A stretch of 64,000 nt of DNA from positions 2,480,001-2,544,000 of the forward strand of contig NC_043000.1 of NCBI RefSeq assembly GCF_006345805.1, in the 5' to 3' direction. The DNA is from Octopus sinensis (taxonomy: Eukaryota). This document shows, piece after piece, positions 37,408 to 50,854 of this stretch. Made by a program: the position numbers and the translations under genes. A model generated the notes under the pieces. That model made no database searches, had not been told where the DNA came from, and worked only from the letters and a program-made list of their open reading frames with translations. How positions within the stretch are numbered: the stretch's first letter is position 1; each line of letters begins with the position of its first letter.

Positions 37408-38029
37408 TCATATATATATATATATAAATTTGTGTATTAAGACTACCTTTGGTTTCATGTTAGAGAAATATTTTAACAATTTTTCAAGCCAATCCCATGG
37501 AGAAATTGTTAAGATATTTTCTAGCATGAAACCAGCAGTAGCCTTAATACACAAATAAAGAATCTTTATCCACCAATCAGTTGTTGAGCACTCATTCTCG
37601 TTGTTTGAAATTTGGGGCTGACCAAAGCACTGTGAGTGGATTTGGTAGATGGAAACTGAAAGAAGCCCTTCATTTATATATGTATATATGTATGTATGTA
37701 TATGTTTGTGTATCTGTGTTTGTCCCCCACCATCGCTTGACAACCGATATTGGTGTGTTTATGTCCCTGTAACTTAGCAGTTCAGCATGGTGCTCCAGCA
37801 TGGCTACAGTCAAATGACTGAAACATATAAAAGAAAGAATTAAAAATATATACATAAATATATATATATGAAGTATATCTGTAATATTCGTTGAGTCCCA
37901 GACTGGAGATATGGTTGATGTTCAATTTGAACATTTGCAGGAAAAACAGAGAATAAGCAGGGAATTCCAGAAAGTGAAACACATTACATGACTAAGTATA
38001 TCCCATAGTTGTTAATGTCCTGGCAACGA

Positions 38030-39130
38030 CCCGCTTAAAAGGTGATTTTACGTGCTACCTGCATGGGAACCAGTCCAGCAGCACTGGCAGTGACCACGCT
38101 CGAATGTTGATTTTCACATGTCACCAGCACATGTGCCAGTAAGGCGACGCTGGCAATTTTCATGCTCAAATGGTGCTTTTCATGTGTCACCGGCACAGGA
38201 GCCAATCCGTGGCCCTGGCAACGATCACGCTTGGATGTGCTTTTAACATTCCACTGGCATGAGTGCCAATCAGGTGGTACTGTCATCGGCCATGTCAGCG
38301 AATTTGGTCTGTTTACACTTGCCTCAGTAGGTCTTCACAAGCAAGGTTTATTGTCCAATGAATGAGGGGTATTCATAAATGGGCTGGTTACACCCACTGG
38401 CATAGGCCATGGGCTATGGTCTCACTTGGCTTGTTAGGTCCCCGTCACTAGTTATTGCCTCAGTAAGGCCCAGTATTTGATGGTTGTGCTTCACCATCTC
38501 ATCCCAGGTTTTCCTGGGTCTACCCCTTCCACAGGTTACCTCAACTGCTAGGGTGTGACACTTTTTCACACAACTGTTCTCATTCATTCGCAACACATGA
38601 CCATACCAGCACAGTCGTCTCTCTTGCACACCACATCTGGTGCTTCTTAGGTCCAACTTTTCTCTCAGGGTGCTTACACTCTGTCGTGTATGCACACTGA
38701 CATTATACATCCAGCAGAGCATACTGGCTTCATTCTTTGCAAGATTAAACATATCCTCAGCAGTCATGGCCCATGTTTCACTGCTATGTAGCATGGCTGT
38801 TCGCACACATGCATCATACAGTCTACCTTTTACTCTGAGTGAGAGGCCCTTTATCCCCAGCAGAGGTAAGAGCTCTCTGAACTTTGCCCAGGCTATTCTT
38901 ATTCTAGCAGCTACACTCACAAAGCATCCACCCCTGTAACAGAAGCTATCAACTACTTCTAGTTTTTCTCTCTGGAATGTGACAGAAGCTGTTCTCTGCA
39001 CATTTTCTATAGCACCTGAGTATTTGCCACATACAAAAACTATCTTCCCAGTTAGCCTCCCTTTGATATTGCTGCACCTCTTATGTGTCCATAATTTACA
39101 CTGGGTACATCTTATGGAGTTTCTACCTAC
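38030..39130 (-). mobile_element. RTE LINE 3' fragment: ORF2 C-terminus (38414-39001) plus 3' UTR repeat array
   Basis: LEVVDSFCY...ARIRIAWAKFRELLP...RRLCWYGHVLRM...GRGRPRKTW; repeated GTGCC...GGTGAC/AAAAGCACC units downstream. Confidence 0.9.
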
Positions 39131-39271
39131 ATCTTTTCAACAGATTGAGCAGGGCCATCTACCTTATTAAGATTTTGGGTTAGGGGTAGAGTTAGGGTTG
39201 ACTCTAAGGCCCTTCGATTCTAATCCTTGCGTCCACACCTGAAACTTTTCCTCTACATACATACATACATA

Positions 39272-39313
<42 letters not shown>

Positions 39314-40087
39314 TATATATATATATAAATATATATATATATATCATCACCACCATCATCATTTAGCATCCATTTTCCATGCTGGCATGGGTTAGACAGT
39401 TTGACTGGAACTGGTAAGCCAGAGAGCTGCGTCAGATTCCAGTCTGATTTGGTTTGGTTTCTATGGTTGGATGCCCTTCCTAATGCCAACCACTCCAAGA
39501 GTGTAATGGCTGCTTTTATAATAGGTCTCTTTCAGTTTCCATCTGTATTCACATCTATATTTCTGTCTATATTCACTCACAAGGCTTTGGTTGACTCAAG
39601 ACTATAGTAGAAGGCACTTACCCAAGGTGTTACTCATTGGGACTGAACCCGGAACAATGTGATTGGGAAGCAAGCTTCTTTCCAAGAGCCTGTGTCTATG
39701 GAAGAGTTGTGTAAACTTTACCACCAGAATGGTGAAGACTTGGTTTTGTGGTTAAGGTATTCTGCTCATGCTTCTAAGATCATGAGTTTGATCTTGGTGG
39801 AACATTGTGTTCTTGAGCAAGACACTTTATTTCACATTGCTCCAGTCTATTCATCTGTCAAAATTGTTATTCAAGGACCAGCCTTGTCACATTTTGTGTC
39901 ACACTGAATCTCTCTGAGAACTATGTGAAGGGTACACGTGTCTGTGGAGTGCTCAATCCTTTGCACATTAATTTCATGAGCAGTCTGTTCCATTTATTAA
40001 ATTAACTGAACCACTTGTCATAAGCCACCGAGTGCCAATTTTACTACCAGAATTTGAAGACTGACCATTCGTTTTATGTTATCAGTT

Positions 40088-40475
40088 GGTGTAGGAGTAG
40101 CTGTGTGGTAAGTAGCTTGCTTACCAACCACATGGTTCCGGGTTCAGTTCCACTGTATGTTACCTTAGGCAAGTGTCTTCTACTATAGCCTCGGGATGAC
40201 TAAAGCCTTGTGAGTGGATTTGGTAGACAGAAACTGAAAGAAGTCCGTTGTATATATGTATGCATGTGTGTGTATATGTGTGTCTGTGTTTGTCCCCTAA
40301 CATCGCTTGACAACCAATGTTGGTGTGTTTACGTCCCCGTAATTTAGTGGTTCGGCAAAAAAGACCGATAGTATAAGTACTAGGCTTGCAAAGAATAAGT
40401 CCTGGGGTCGATTTGCTCGACTAAAGGCAGTGCTCCAGCATGGCCGCAGTCAAATGACTGAAGCAAGTAAAAGAG
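40088..40475 (+). mobile_element. SINE family A, full-length
   Basis: Head, core, microsatellite and tail present. Confidence 0.85.
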
Positions 40476-41386
40476 TTGCATGTTTGTGTTTTCTTATTTG
40501 TGACATGTATAAACAGGCATGGCTATGGGTGAAGGCATGGCTTTGGTGCAGCTCTACTTGTGTGCTTAAGAAGTTGTGAAGTGACAACCAGTGTTGGTTT
40601 GTTTACGTCCCCTTAACTTAGTAACTTGGCAAAGGCAACCAATAGTAAAAGTACCAGACTTTACAAATTATTTCTGGGAGTAAATTTGTTTAATTAACCA
40701 CTTCAGGGTTGTGCCTGAGAATGGTCACAGTCCCATGATTGAAACAAGTAGAAAACAAAAGATGGCCCAAAAATGAATTGGCGCCAAATGATCAACAAGG
40801 ACATGCAGCTGATTAACAGAACATGGAATGACACATTGAACGAAGTGAAGACCCACGATCTCTGGTACACTCCAACTGCCTCATATGTCTCAAGAGGTAG
40901 GAGCCCTCTAAGTTTAAATAATCTCTAAATAATATAAGAACCTACATATTCAATTTTTAATTTCTTCTCTTTTTCTACATAAAATTAAATAAAGTTCTTG
41001 CATTTTTTTTTTTTACCTTTTTTGGTCATTGGTAGGCTGGTGAGCTGAGTTATCCTATTTGTATTTAGGGGGTTAGGTAGGGGTATTGTCAACTACTTTC
41101 ATCAATTTAGCTTGGACAGAAGTCTATTGCCGGGAGACACTCTATAGTGGACTATAGTGGACAGTTGGGAAATGCTTTGTTGAAATGCAATCTGAGTTAT
41201 TAGTGAATCACCAGACCTTGTAGTATAAACTATGAACTAGCTTTACCGTATGAAACAACAACAACAAAATAAAATCAATAGACAGTAAATATTGCAATTG
41301 TTGTTGTGTTAGTTGTTGTTCATCTTACTACTCTTTATTTCAAGTTAGATTTTTTGTAGCTGGTGGGAATTTTATTGATCTTCTTT

Positions 41387-41417
<31 letters not shown>

Positions 41418-41656
41418 TTATATATATTTATATGTTTATTTGTATATATATTTGCTTATTTATATATTTATATTTAAATATATATATTCATATATATATT
41501 TGTTTATATATTTTATATATGTTTGTGTGTGTATACACATATGCATTCATATATACATGTGTGCAAACATTCAGACATGCATACACATATATATATGCAC
41601 ACACACACACACATATATACACATACATATACATACACATGTATATATACGCACAC

Positions 41657-41698
<42 letters not shown>

Positions 41699-41820
41699 AT
41701 ATATGTTTGTGTGTGTGTATACACATATGTATTCATATATACATATGTGTATATATACATACATACACACACATATATATACACATACATATGCATACAC
41801 ATATGTCTATATACACACAT

Positions 41821-41854
<34 letters not shown>

Positions 41855-42441
41855 GTAAGTATGTATGTATGTATTATATATATATATATATTTGTGTGTG
41901 TGTGTGTGTACAGAAAAAGAGAGATGATACATGATACACTGCATGGTAGACTTATCCAACTCATGCCAGCATATAATAAACAGATGCTAAAATGTTGATG
42001 AGAGTGTCATGTGATGACAAAAACAAGTCTCGTCACACCCATTCTTTCCATAAAGTTAGTAACTTCTCTGTGATGGAACTGAATAAATTAGAAAGCCAAC
42101 TGTATATTTATGAGACAGCTTCCTCTTGAGTGTCTTATTTACATAAAGTTAGCATTTTCTATGTTAGAAATATGCTCATTAACGGAACACAATGCATACT
42201 TATGAGAAAGGGTTCTCTTATTATAATTATATATTCATTGTGATTTTATAAAGATGTAGTTTTTATTGATTGGTTTGATTTTTGGGAACTTTAAGAATGT
42301 GATGAGCTTTCAATAAATTCAAAGATTTATACAACAGACACATTTGAAATTTCTGATGTATGTAGACTATTATACAATTATGTAATATTCAAAATATATA
42401 TGTGTGCATATATATGTGTATATGAAAACTTCTGTGTGTAA

Positions 42442-42519
<78 letters not shown>

Positions 42520-42641
42520 ATATATATATATATATATATATATAGTTAATCCAAACATGAAAGCACAAAAAAACACAGCAACGCGAGGACGTGGAACAAA
42601 TAAGTATTATTGGACGCTCAAGAAAGAAGGAAAGAAGGAGG

Positions 42642-42676
42642 GTTTAATGTTTCGAGCAGAGCTCTTCGTCGGAAAC
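42642..42676 (-). pseudogene. Decayed minimal hammerhead (U4C) in a PLE-like remnant (about 42545-42800)
   Basis: GUUU / CCGACGA / AGAGC-ucu-GCUC / GAAA / CA / UU / AAAC; homologous to 15162-15196. Confidence 0.55.
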
Positions 42677-43409
42677 AGGAGAAGGAACGATCCAGAGAAG
42701 GGAAGACAGAGGAAAAAAAATCGCCAACGGTACACATGCGGTCACATTTTGAATGACCAGAAGGAAATGGGTGAAGAAAAGTTCTTTCAAAGACAGGAGA
42801 GTGCAAGAGGAGGTATGTGTATGTAATATATATATCATCATCATCACCATTTGAAGTCTGTTGTCCATGGTGGCATGGGTTGGTCAGTTTGACTTGGCTG
42901 GCACACTGAAAGGCTGATTCAGACTCCAGTCTGATTTGGCATGGTTTTCTACAGCTGGACACCCTTCCTAACACCGACGACTCTGAGAGTGTAATGGGTG
43001 TGTTTACAGGCCACTGGCATGCCTGCCAATTTGCATGACACCGGTATCTGCCACCACTGCAATTTTGCTTGGCTTGGTGGGTCTTCTCGAGCACAACATA
43101 ATACCAAATATCTTGGTCATTGCCTCCATGTGGCCCAACACTCGAAAGGAAATCAGCCACTTTGCATCCATCCTTGAGGCCCAATGCTTGTGAGGAACTC
43201 AGCCACTTTGCCTCTGTGAGGCCCAATGCTCGAGAGGAACACACACACACCACATTAGACTGAAGAATTATTCAGTACTTTTTAGTAGAGTACAAGTTTA
43301 TGAAACTTTTATAAGAGGGTAGCTTGCTCTTCTTCATCAGATTGTTTGACAAAGGTTAACATGACAAAACTTCAAAATCACAGTCATACTTCTATAAAAG
43401 TTTAATATA

Positions 43410-43449
<40 letters not shown>

Positions 43450-43460
43450 TGTCTGTCTGT

Positions 43461-43499
<39 letters not shown>

Positions 43500-43552
43500 C
43501 TTGTCTGTCTGTGTACATGCTTTATTGTGATGTGCCACTTTGTCATGATTAA

Positions 43553-43770
43553 CCCTTTCGTCACCGTATTTATTTTGCGATGCTCTGAGTTTCTTTCAAT
43601 TATTTAAAATATAACAAAGAATTTAGTACAAGTAACTTAATTATCATTAAGCTAGTGTTAGGAACATAACTTGTGACTAATGTTTGGAGGAAAATTTTAA
43701 TTCAAAACTTATGAAAACAAGACATTTGTACTACAGAGCCAGAGCCAATTTCGGGTTGGTAACGAAAGGG
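43553..43770. mobile_element. piggyBac-type MITE
   Basis: TTAA|CCCTTTCGTCACC...GGTAACGAAAGGG|TTAA. Confidence 0.85.
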
Positions 43771-44559
43771 TTAAAACATGTGCTTATTTAAAAAACAGTA
43801 GATCTTCCAACCAGATGCTAATGCAACACCTAGTGTTGATGACTGTGCAATACATTTGGAACCTTTTGTCAGCCAAAGTAAATGAAGTAATTGAAGTTAT
43901 TTTGTCTGTGTGATTTTTATCACAAAGTCATATAAGGAGGTAGTGTCCATAAAAATACACAGCTGCACCAGTGTCACCAGTACAGAAATGTAGAGTTGAT
44001 GTGTTTAGGGATCACCTAGACCCTCTATTAAACTGGGTAACAGAGTAACTCTACGAATCAAGTTGTCTACTATGGTATTTGAACTCAAAATGCAAAGAAC
44101 TGACAAATAGTCAGACATCCTATCTGATGTTCTGATTTTGCCAGTCCAACTCACTAGATTGTCACTTTAATTTATCATCCCGCCAAAAAGATGAACGGTA
44201 AAGATGACTTCAGTGTAGTTCAAAATCAGAATTCATAGAGTTCGAAGAGGTACTGTAAGGCTTTTATGAGTTTCCCAGTTCAAAACTAGGGAGTGAGTTT
44301 TTACTAATCAGTCAGATGACTTTTAACTGGGATGTAAAATACTTGTGAGTGTAACAATAGCAGAATTCTTCCAGATGTTGGAACATTACATCTTTGTATC
44401 TTGAACTATGTAGAGGGACGTTAATAACTGATCAAATCTAAATTATTTTCTGGCTCTGACGTCTTAACCACTTGCACACACTTGCACAATTAGATATTAC
44501 TATATTAATGATATAGCTCTTAATTTAAAGTCTGTTAACGTAGTTTATAAGTCACAGGC

Positions 44560-45035
44560 ATTTGCCATATTCTTAATTCCATACTTCCCTGGGCATGGAT
44601 ACATTGAAACTCCAACGTCTGGCAGCTGACTTGGCAGACACCCATAAAATTATTAACCATCTTACCAACAATAACTTTGAGCACCTTTTCAAACTCCACC
44701 TGTCTAACACCCATGGACATGTTTACAAAGTCAGAAAACAGCACAGCTCCCATGACTTTCGGAAACATTTTTTCACGTTGAGAGTTTCTGAAGCATGGAA
44801 CAAACTGCCGGCATCAGTTGTTAGTTGTCGGAGCACTGCATCCTTCAAAACTTCCATGCTTCCTGAGATTCGCCAACACTACACCTGATTTTCTCCCCTC
44901 CATGCACACGCAAGCATGTATCTGACTCATACACTGTTCACTTCCCGGACATTTGTACATTACTGCATATGCTTTATATGCACTTTCGACAAGTTGTGGT
45001 GCACCTGAGCACTGTATACAATGATTTCATTATTC
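44560..45035 (+). mobile_element. CR1 3' fragment (sister subfamily)
   Basis: MDTLKLQRL...THGHVYKVRKQ...FFTLRVSEAWNKLP; similar to 51830-52272. Confidence 0.85.
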
Positions 45036-45744
45036 ATATTCATTAAACTTTCTAAAAAGGCATTATATATTATTCTGAAAGTGTGGTGTTCACTCTTTAA
45101 TCAGAAGTAAAGAAGCAGGCATCTAGCTCTCACAGAATTGTAAAGTTGATGTGATTGATGTTCACCTAGAACCTCTGTTGGTTGATATCTGTAGAGTAGG
45201 GGTCAGCAACAGGTGCCCTGCAGCTCACAAAGGAGCCACTAAAGTATTTTCTGTGGGCCTTAAATATTTTGTAAAATTTTTCAAATTTAATGTTTTTGTA
45301 AACCATTGACTTTTAAATATTTTTTTGTGTCATGATTTACTTAATATATTTACTTACACAAGCATTGTCATTAATGGAAATACAGGATATGTGGGTATAC
45401 TTTTATATTCAGGATGTATAAGATAGGATATGATATATTATATAATATATTTGGGCCAGAGACAAATGTAAAAAAAAGAAAAAAAATATCAAAAGTGGAC
45501 CATTATACAAAGAGTCTTCTGATACATACTGTAGGGAAACCGTTGATCAAGGAAAACAGGAACTCCAGGAATTTGCAGTCTTGGGGAAGAATGAATGTTG
45601 AGTGTAAGGTTTCAGTATGGGTAAGACATAGTAAGAATGATGAGAGGAAGAAAAGTGGACAAGTAAATTATGTGGGTTCAAGGTTTGAGAGGATAGACAG
45701 GTAACTAGTTCAAAGAAGCAGAAGCTGTTATAGAAGTGATAGAA

Positions 45745-45787
<43 letters not shown>

Positions 45788-46502
45788 TCACAGCATTTTG
45801 GTGTGAAAGTAGTTGTAGGGAGAAAAGAAGAAAAAAGAAAAATGGGGGCATTGCCAGCGGTTGCTAGTACACTGCTGGCATGTCCTGAAACCCCTTCGGT
45901 GGGAATTGTGCCACCGGAGGTGGGATTTGAGGACTCTCTATGTGGAGGAGGAATTTGTAGTCCTGTGCTACAGGGGATGGGGGGGGGGGGAATAAAAAAA
46001 AATGATTAAAAAGTTTTATAAAAAAAGGACGATGGGAAGGAATTAGTACCTGTATCAAGAGCCCTGATTGGCCTACACAGGCAGCTGCAGAAGTCGTATG
46101 GGAAAAAAACTTGTTTGGGGTAATAAAGTCCTTCTCTGAGGACACATTTTGCTTTTTGTTGAAAAGTCCTGACCTAGCACCATCGAGGTGCTTGAGTGTG
46201 GCATTGTGCCTGGTTGGGTGATGGCAGGGCAGAAAAATTAAGAGGCTTAGTGCCTCGTATTATGTATTAAGATTAAAGTAAGAGGTCTGTTGTTTTGTTT
46301 TGTGTTTTGAGTTTATTGTTTGTAAGAGGCTCAGAACCTCAATTGCGAATGAACTATGGAACTGAAGTAAGGGGTTTAATACCTTGTATTGTTTTTACTA
46401 TGTAAAAAAAAAAAAGAATAATGTTTTAGAGAAGCAAAAAATCGGCGGGCGTTGTTTGTCTTCTCTCATCAATATCATCCTTTTTCATCACTCATCACTA
46501 TA

Positions 46503-46811
46503 TAATAATAATAATAAACATTGTGTACAGTGCTCAGGTGCACTACAACTCATCTAAAGTGCATATATAATCAGGTGTAGTTTCGACGGATTTCGGAAAG
46601 CATGAGGGCCTTAAAGGATGCAGTGTCATGGCAGTCAACAACTGACGCAGGCAGTTTATTCCATGCTTCAGCAACTCTGAGCGTGAAGAAATGTTTCCGA
46701 AAGTCATGGGAGCTGTGTTGTTTTCTGACTTTGTAGGCATGTCCACGTGTGTTAGACACATGGAGATCAAAAAGGTGTTCAGTGTTGTTATTGGTGAGGT
46801 GGTTGACAACC
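46503..46811 (-). mobile_element. 5'-truncated CR1 with (ATT)n tail
   Basis: Near-identical to 1-305 and 49033-49340. Confidence 0.9.
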
Positions 46812-48340
46812 TTAAAGTAAGAGGTTTAATGCCTCGGTCTGTTGTTTTGTTTTGTGTTTATTGTTTGTAAGAGGCTCAGAACCTCAATTGAGAATAAACT
46901 ATGGAACTGAAGTAAGAGGTTTAATACTTCGTTTTGTTTTTTACTGAGTAAAAAAAAAAAAGAATAATGTTTTAGAGAAGCAAATAATCGGCGGGCGTTG
47001 TTTGTCTTCTTCCATCAATATCATCCTTTTTCATCAGTCATCTCATCAATGTTTCTGTCCAGCCCGCAAGCTACTCTGTGTCGTGCCTTTATGGCAAAAT
47101 TTTGAAATAAGGTAGTTGTAGTGAGTTGAAGAATGAAAGTTTGGTAGCCAGCAGGATGGCCATAGTTTGGATGGAGGGGAACATTATGTGCATGTGAAAC
47201 AGCTGCAGAACTATCCCAGATATACGTGATCAGTACTCTGATGCTGTTGGTGCACGTGTCTTGCAGATAGTCAGAGTAACTGTTCTGAGCTGGAGAAGGT
47301 TCTGACCCTTGGTATGCAATACTTGTTATGTTACTGGTGTTTATGTTCGTGAGAAGTTATGTATGAATGTTTTTGATGTCCTCACACACACATACATACA
47401 CGGATACACAATCAGAAATGCACTCACACAGCCACACACACAGTCATATGGACACACATGGACAACCAGTAGCAAAGACTAGGTATTATAATATTTGGGA
47501 AGCTATATTGGCAATGTTTGTGCGTGAAAGCCATGAATACAATGTGAATGGTGTCCAAATCAAAGAAGCAGCAGTAACTGTTGATTGATTCCTTCCTTCA
47601 CTGTCAGTAATTAAATAATCAATGAACTCAGAATATATCAAAGACTGTCGAGATTCTACCAATTTTTGGTGAACGGCAGAATCAATTTTATCAATAAGAA
47701 TTGGTAAGGCGGAGCGATGGAGAAAAGTAGAAGAAATAATGAAAACAATATAAAATATCAGTATAAAGGAATAAGAAGTATGAACATTTTTTTTTTTTTT
47801 TCAATCTTGGTTGATGGAGGAGAGAGAGGAAGAATTATATTAAAATAACATTTATAAACAAGTGTGGGGTGGGGGTGGGGAGATCTGTGTAGCATCATGG
47901 GAGAAAAATCATTGAGTAGGTGGTGTTTTCTTAAAGTCTTTAGTTGCTAATGGTAACATTTTATAACATGTGAGTCACAGTTTGAGATTGAACTTAGATT
48001 GTTTGACATTCTAACTAAATGGGAGTCAGCTTGATGATGATGATGATGTCTTAGCAAGATGTCGGATATTTTCCAGCTAAAAATGCAGTCTTTGAAAGTC
48101 TCAGGCATTTGCTGTGTGGATAAGAAACTCACTTTGCAGCCATATGATTTCAGGTTCAGTTCCACCGCACAGCATATTGAAAAAGTGTCTCCTACTATAG
48201 CCCTAGGCTGACCAATGCCTTGTGAGTGAACTTAGTAGATGAAAACTGTATAGAAGCTTGTCATGCGTGTGTGTATATATATATATGTATATATAATATA
48301 TATATGTATATGTATATACATATATATGTATATATGTATG

Positions 48341-48380
<40 letters not shown>

Positions 48381-48490
48381 TGCACATACATACATACATA
48401 TATATGTATGTGTATATATATATATATATGTGTGTGTGTGTATATGTATATATGTGTATATATATATATGTGTGTGTATGTATATATGTG

Positions 48491-48526
<36 letters not shown>

Positions 48527-49382
48527 TGTATATATATATATATATATTATATATATTAAGATTCAGGTGAATAAGGCACTTAAAAGGTGAAGCACTGCGT
48601 CGAATCAGAATTAAAATGCATACACAGTAACTATAGACAAATACAAACATTGGTACCGAAGTACAGGCAGAAAGATATTTAGTTATGTTTACAATTAATT
48701 GAACCCATCCGAGTATATCATTAGGCCTTGGGCTAATTCAGAAATGCACATTATATTAAACACATACGGAGCAAGTTCCAAGAGAGGGGAAACAAATGAT
48801 GGATAGGTTTCAATTCATCTGCCATTTGTTATATATAAAAAACACTCTCGGAGTGGTTGGCGTTAGGAAGGGCATCCAGCTGTAGAAACACTGCCAGATC
48901 TGACTGGCCTGGTGCAGCCTTCGGGCTCCCCAGACCCCAGTTGAACCGTCCAACACATGCTAGCATGGAAAGCGGACGTTAAACGATGATGATGATGATG
49001 ATGATGAAATAGATAGATATAGATATAGAGATATAATAATAATAATAATAATTGTGTACAGTGCTCAGGTGCACTACAACTCATCTAAAGTGTGTATATA
49101 ATCAGGTGTAGTTTCGACGGATTTCGGGAAGCATGAGGACCTTAAAGGATGCAGTGTCATGGCAGTCAACAACTGATGCAGGCAGTTTATTCCACGCTTC
49201 AGCAACCCTGAGCGTGAAAAAATGTTTCCGAAAGTCATGGGAGCTGTGCTGTTTTCTGACTTTGTAGGCATGTCCACGTGTGTTAGACACATGGAGATCA
49301 AAAAGGTGTTCAGTGTTGTTGTTGGTGAGGTGGTTGATAACCTTGTGGGTGTTTACCAAGTCCGTCACCAGACGCCGGAGCT

Positions 49383-50255
49383 TCAGTGAATCCATGCCCA
49401 GGGAAACAAGGCGCTCAGAATATGGTAGAATTCATGCCAGTTTGGGTGCTGTAGTTCAGTGTGGTACAGGTTCCAATCTGCTCTCTTCCAATCGAAGGAA
49501 GCAGATTGGAGATGGTTCAGGTGTTTGTTGCCCGCAAGAGCCAGATTGGCGATGATCATAGCATGATCAGAGTCACCTAGAGGTTCCTCCGTAGTGCAAT
49601 TGATAACTGCTTCAGGAGTTGTGGTGAAGAGCAGGTCCAAGGTGTTGTCGCCTCTTGTTGGAGAGGTGACTACTTGTGACCAGTTTGAATCCAGCACAAG
49701 CTCAACAAAATCGTTTGCACTCTGTGGCCAACGGAAGGTTTCCCAATCGATCTCAGGATGATTGAAATCGCCTGCAATAAACACATAAGTGGCTGTTTTC
49801 CTGGATGCAGCTCGGAGGATGTTGCAAAGCTGTGTGTCCTGATGGTAATTTGGGGGACGATAAACAACGCCAAGCAGGAGTGTTGACATGGTCATACGTA
49901 CGTCACAGAAAAAAACTTCTTGTGATTCGTTCAAATCGGCACAAGGAATTACCAAAAAATTTGAACGAACGTAGACCATCACACCACCACCACGGCGGTT
50001 AGTGCGGTCCTTACGGAAGAGGTTGTACCCCGTGATGTTGAAAACCCCATCACAGAGTAAGGAATGCGCCCATGTTTCCGTGACAGTGATGAAGTCAGGG
50101 TCAACACTTCTGACGTAGGCGTTGAACAAATGTATTTTGTTGCATAAACTGCGAGCATTTAAGGACAACAATTTGTACCCTGCTCGCAGTTTATGATGGT
50201 GTGTGGAGGATGGCAGATTGTCCTGGCTTAGTTTCCCTGAGTTGCTGTAGTCTTT
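49383..50255 (-). CDS. CR1 ORF2 N-terminal APE endonuclease, truncated by the deletion; no ATG before the first conserved motif
   Basis: Motifs SLNARS, VTETW, RGGGV, GDFNHP, LDLL, SDH all present; frame open from 50255. Confidence 0.85.
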   Translation of the reverse strand, partial: KDYSNSGKLSQDNLPSSTHHHKLRAGYKLLSLNARSLCNKIHLFNAYVRSVDPDFITVTETWAHSLLCDGVFNITGYNLFRKDRTNRRGGGVMVYVRSNFLVIPCADLNESQEVFFCDVRMTMSTLLLGVVYRPPNYHQDTQLCNILRAASRKTATYVFIAGDFNHPEIDWETFRWPQSANDFVELVLDSNWSQVVTSPTRGDNTLDLLFTTTPEAVINCTTEEPLGDSDHAMIIANLALAGNKHLNHLQSASFDWKRADWNLYHTELQHPNWHEFYHILSALFPWAWIH

Positions 50256-50854
50256 TTAGTTATTGTGGGTAGAGAGCACTCAGACCAGCTGGTATCTCTC
50301 TTCCACGTTTCATCAGTCTTGACAAATCTCCAGATTTGTCCATCTTCCCGAAGACTGAAGCTTTCCTGTAGAGCTGAGTTCCTATTCAGGGAAGCCGCTA
50401 CACGTAGCTTCGGACATAGATCGGACGGTAAGCCTGGGCGTGTTCGGAAGGTGGTCCGATTTTCACGCCCAGCTTTAACTGAGGCCAGATGGTAAGAGGT
50501 TGCCTCAGTGTGGTCCGAAAAAGACAGCTTGATGAGCCTAGGTTTTGGGCCAGGTCGTCCAAGGCGGATAGCACCCATTGGGGGAGCGCAGCCTAGGTCT
50601 TTGGCTGAGTTGGCAGCAAATGCCTGAAGATCAGCCATGTCTTCAGGCACCCCAATGGCAATGACTTCATGGGTAGCAGAATCCGCGGTCTTAGATGCGA
50701 CAAGAGGTACAGGTACAGGGAGGTTCTTTAGCAGAGCATTCCGATAAGACCCCTCATTGTGGAGTCCAACCTGAATAGTTGCTTTTATTCCTGCTACTTC
50801 CCCTCTTAAAGCACAGATCGATTGTTGCAGTTCTGCAAGAACCGCACTGGTCAA
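50228..50854 (-). CDS. CR1 ORF1 (probably 5'-truncated; listed start is TTG)
   Basis: 208 codons without stops; RLGRPGPKPRLIKLSF resembles the RLG...RP..V.F motif of CR1/L2 ORF1. Confidence 0.7.
   Translation of the reverse strand: MTSAVLAELQQSICALRGEVAGIKATIQVGLHNEGSYRNALLKNLPVPVPLVASKTADSATHEVIAIGVPEDMADLQAFAANSAKDLGCAPPMGAIRLGRPGPKPRLIKLSFSDHTEATSYHLASVKAGRENRTTFRTRPGLPSDLCPKLRVAASLNRNSALQESFSLREDGQIWRFVKTDETWKRDTSWSECSLPTITKKTTATQGN

Noticed and set aside
39175-39200. TTAGGG-like units
   Set aside because: Only two imperfect units; not an interstitial telomere array.
4303-43266. Isolated CUGAnGA hits at 4303, 16787, 20018(-), 22193, 24026, 33413, 37179 and 43260
   Set aside because: Each lacks GAAA after a stem II, a stem III/UH, or a complementary stem I.
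45860-46250. Possible LINE ORF1 remnant (…SEKDFITPNKFF…GLLIQV)
   Set aside because: Similarity too weak to assign without a profile search.
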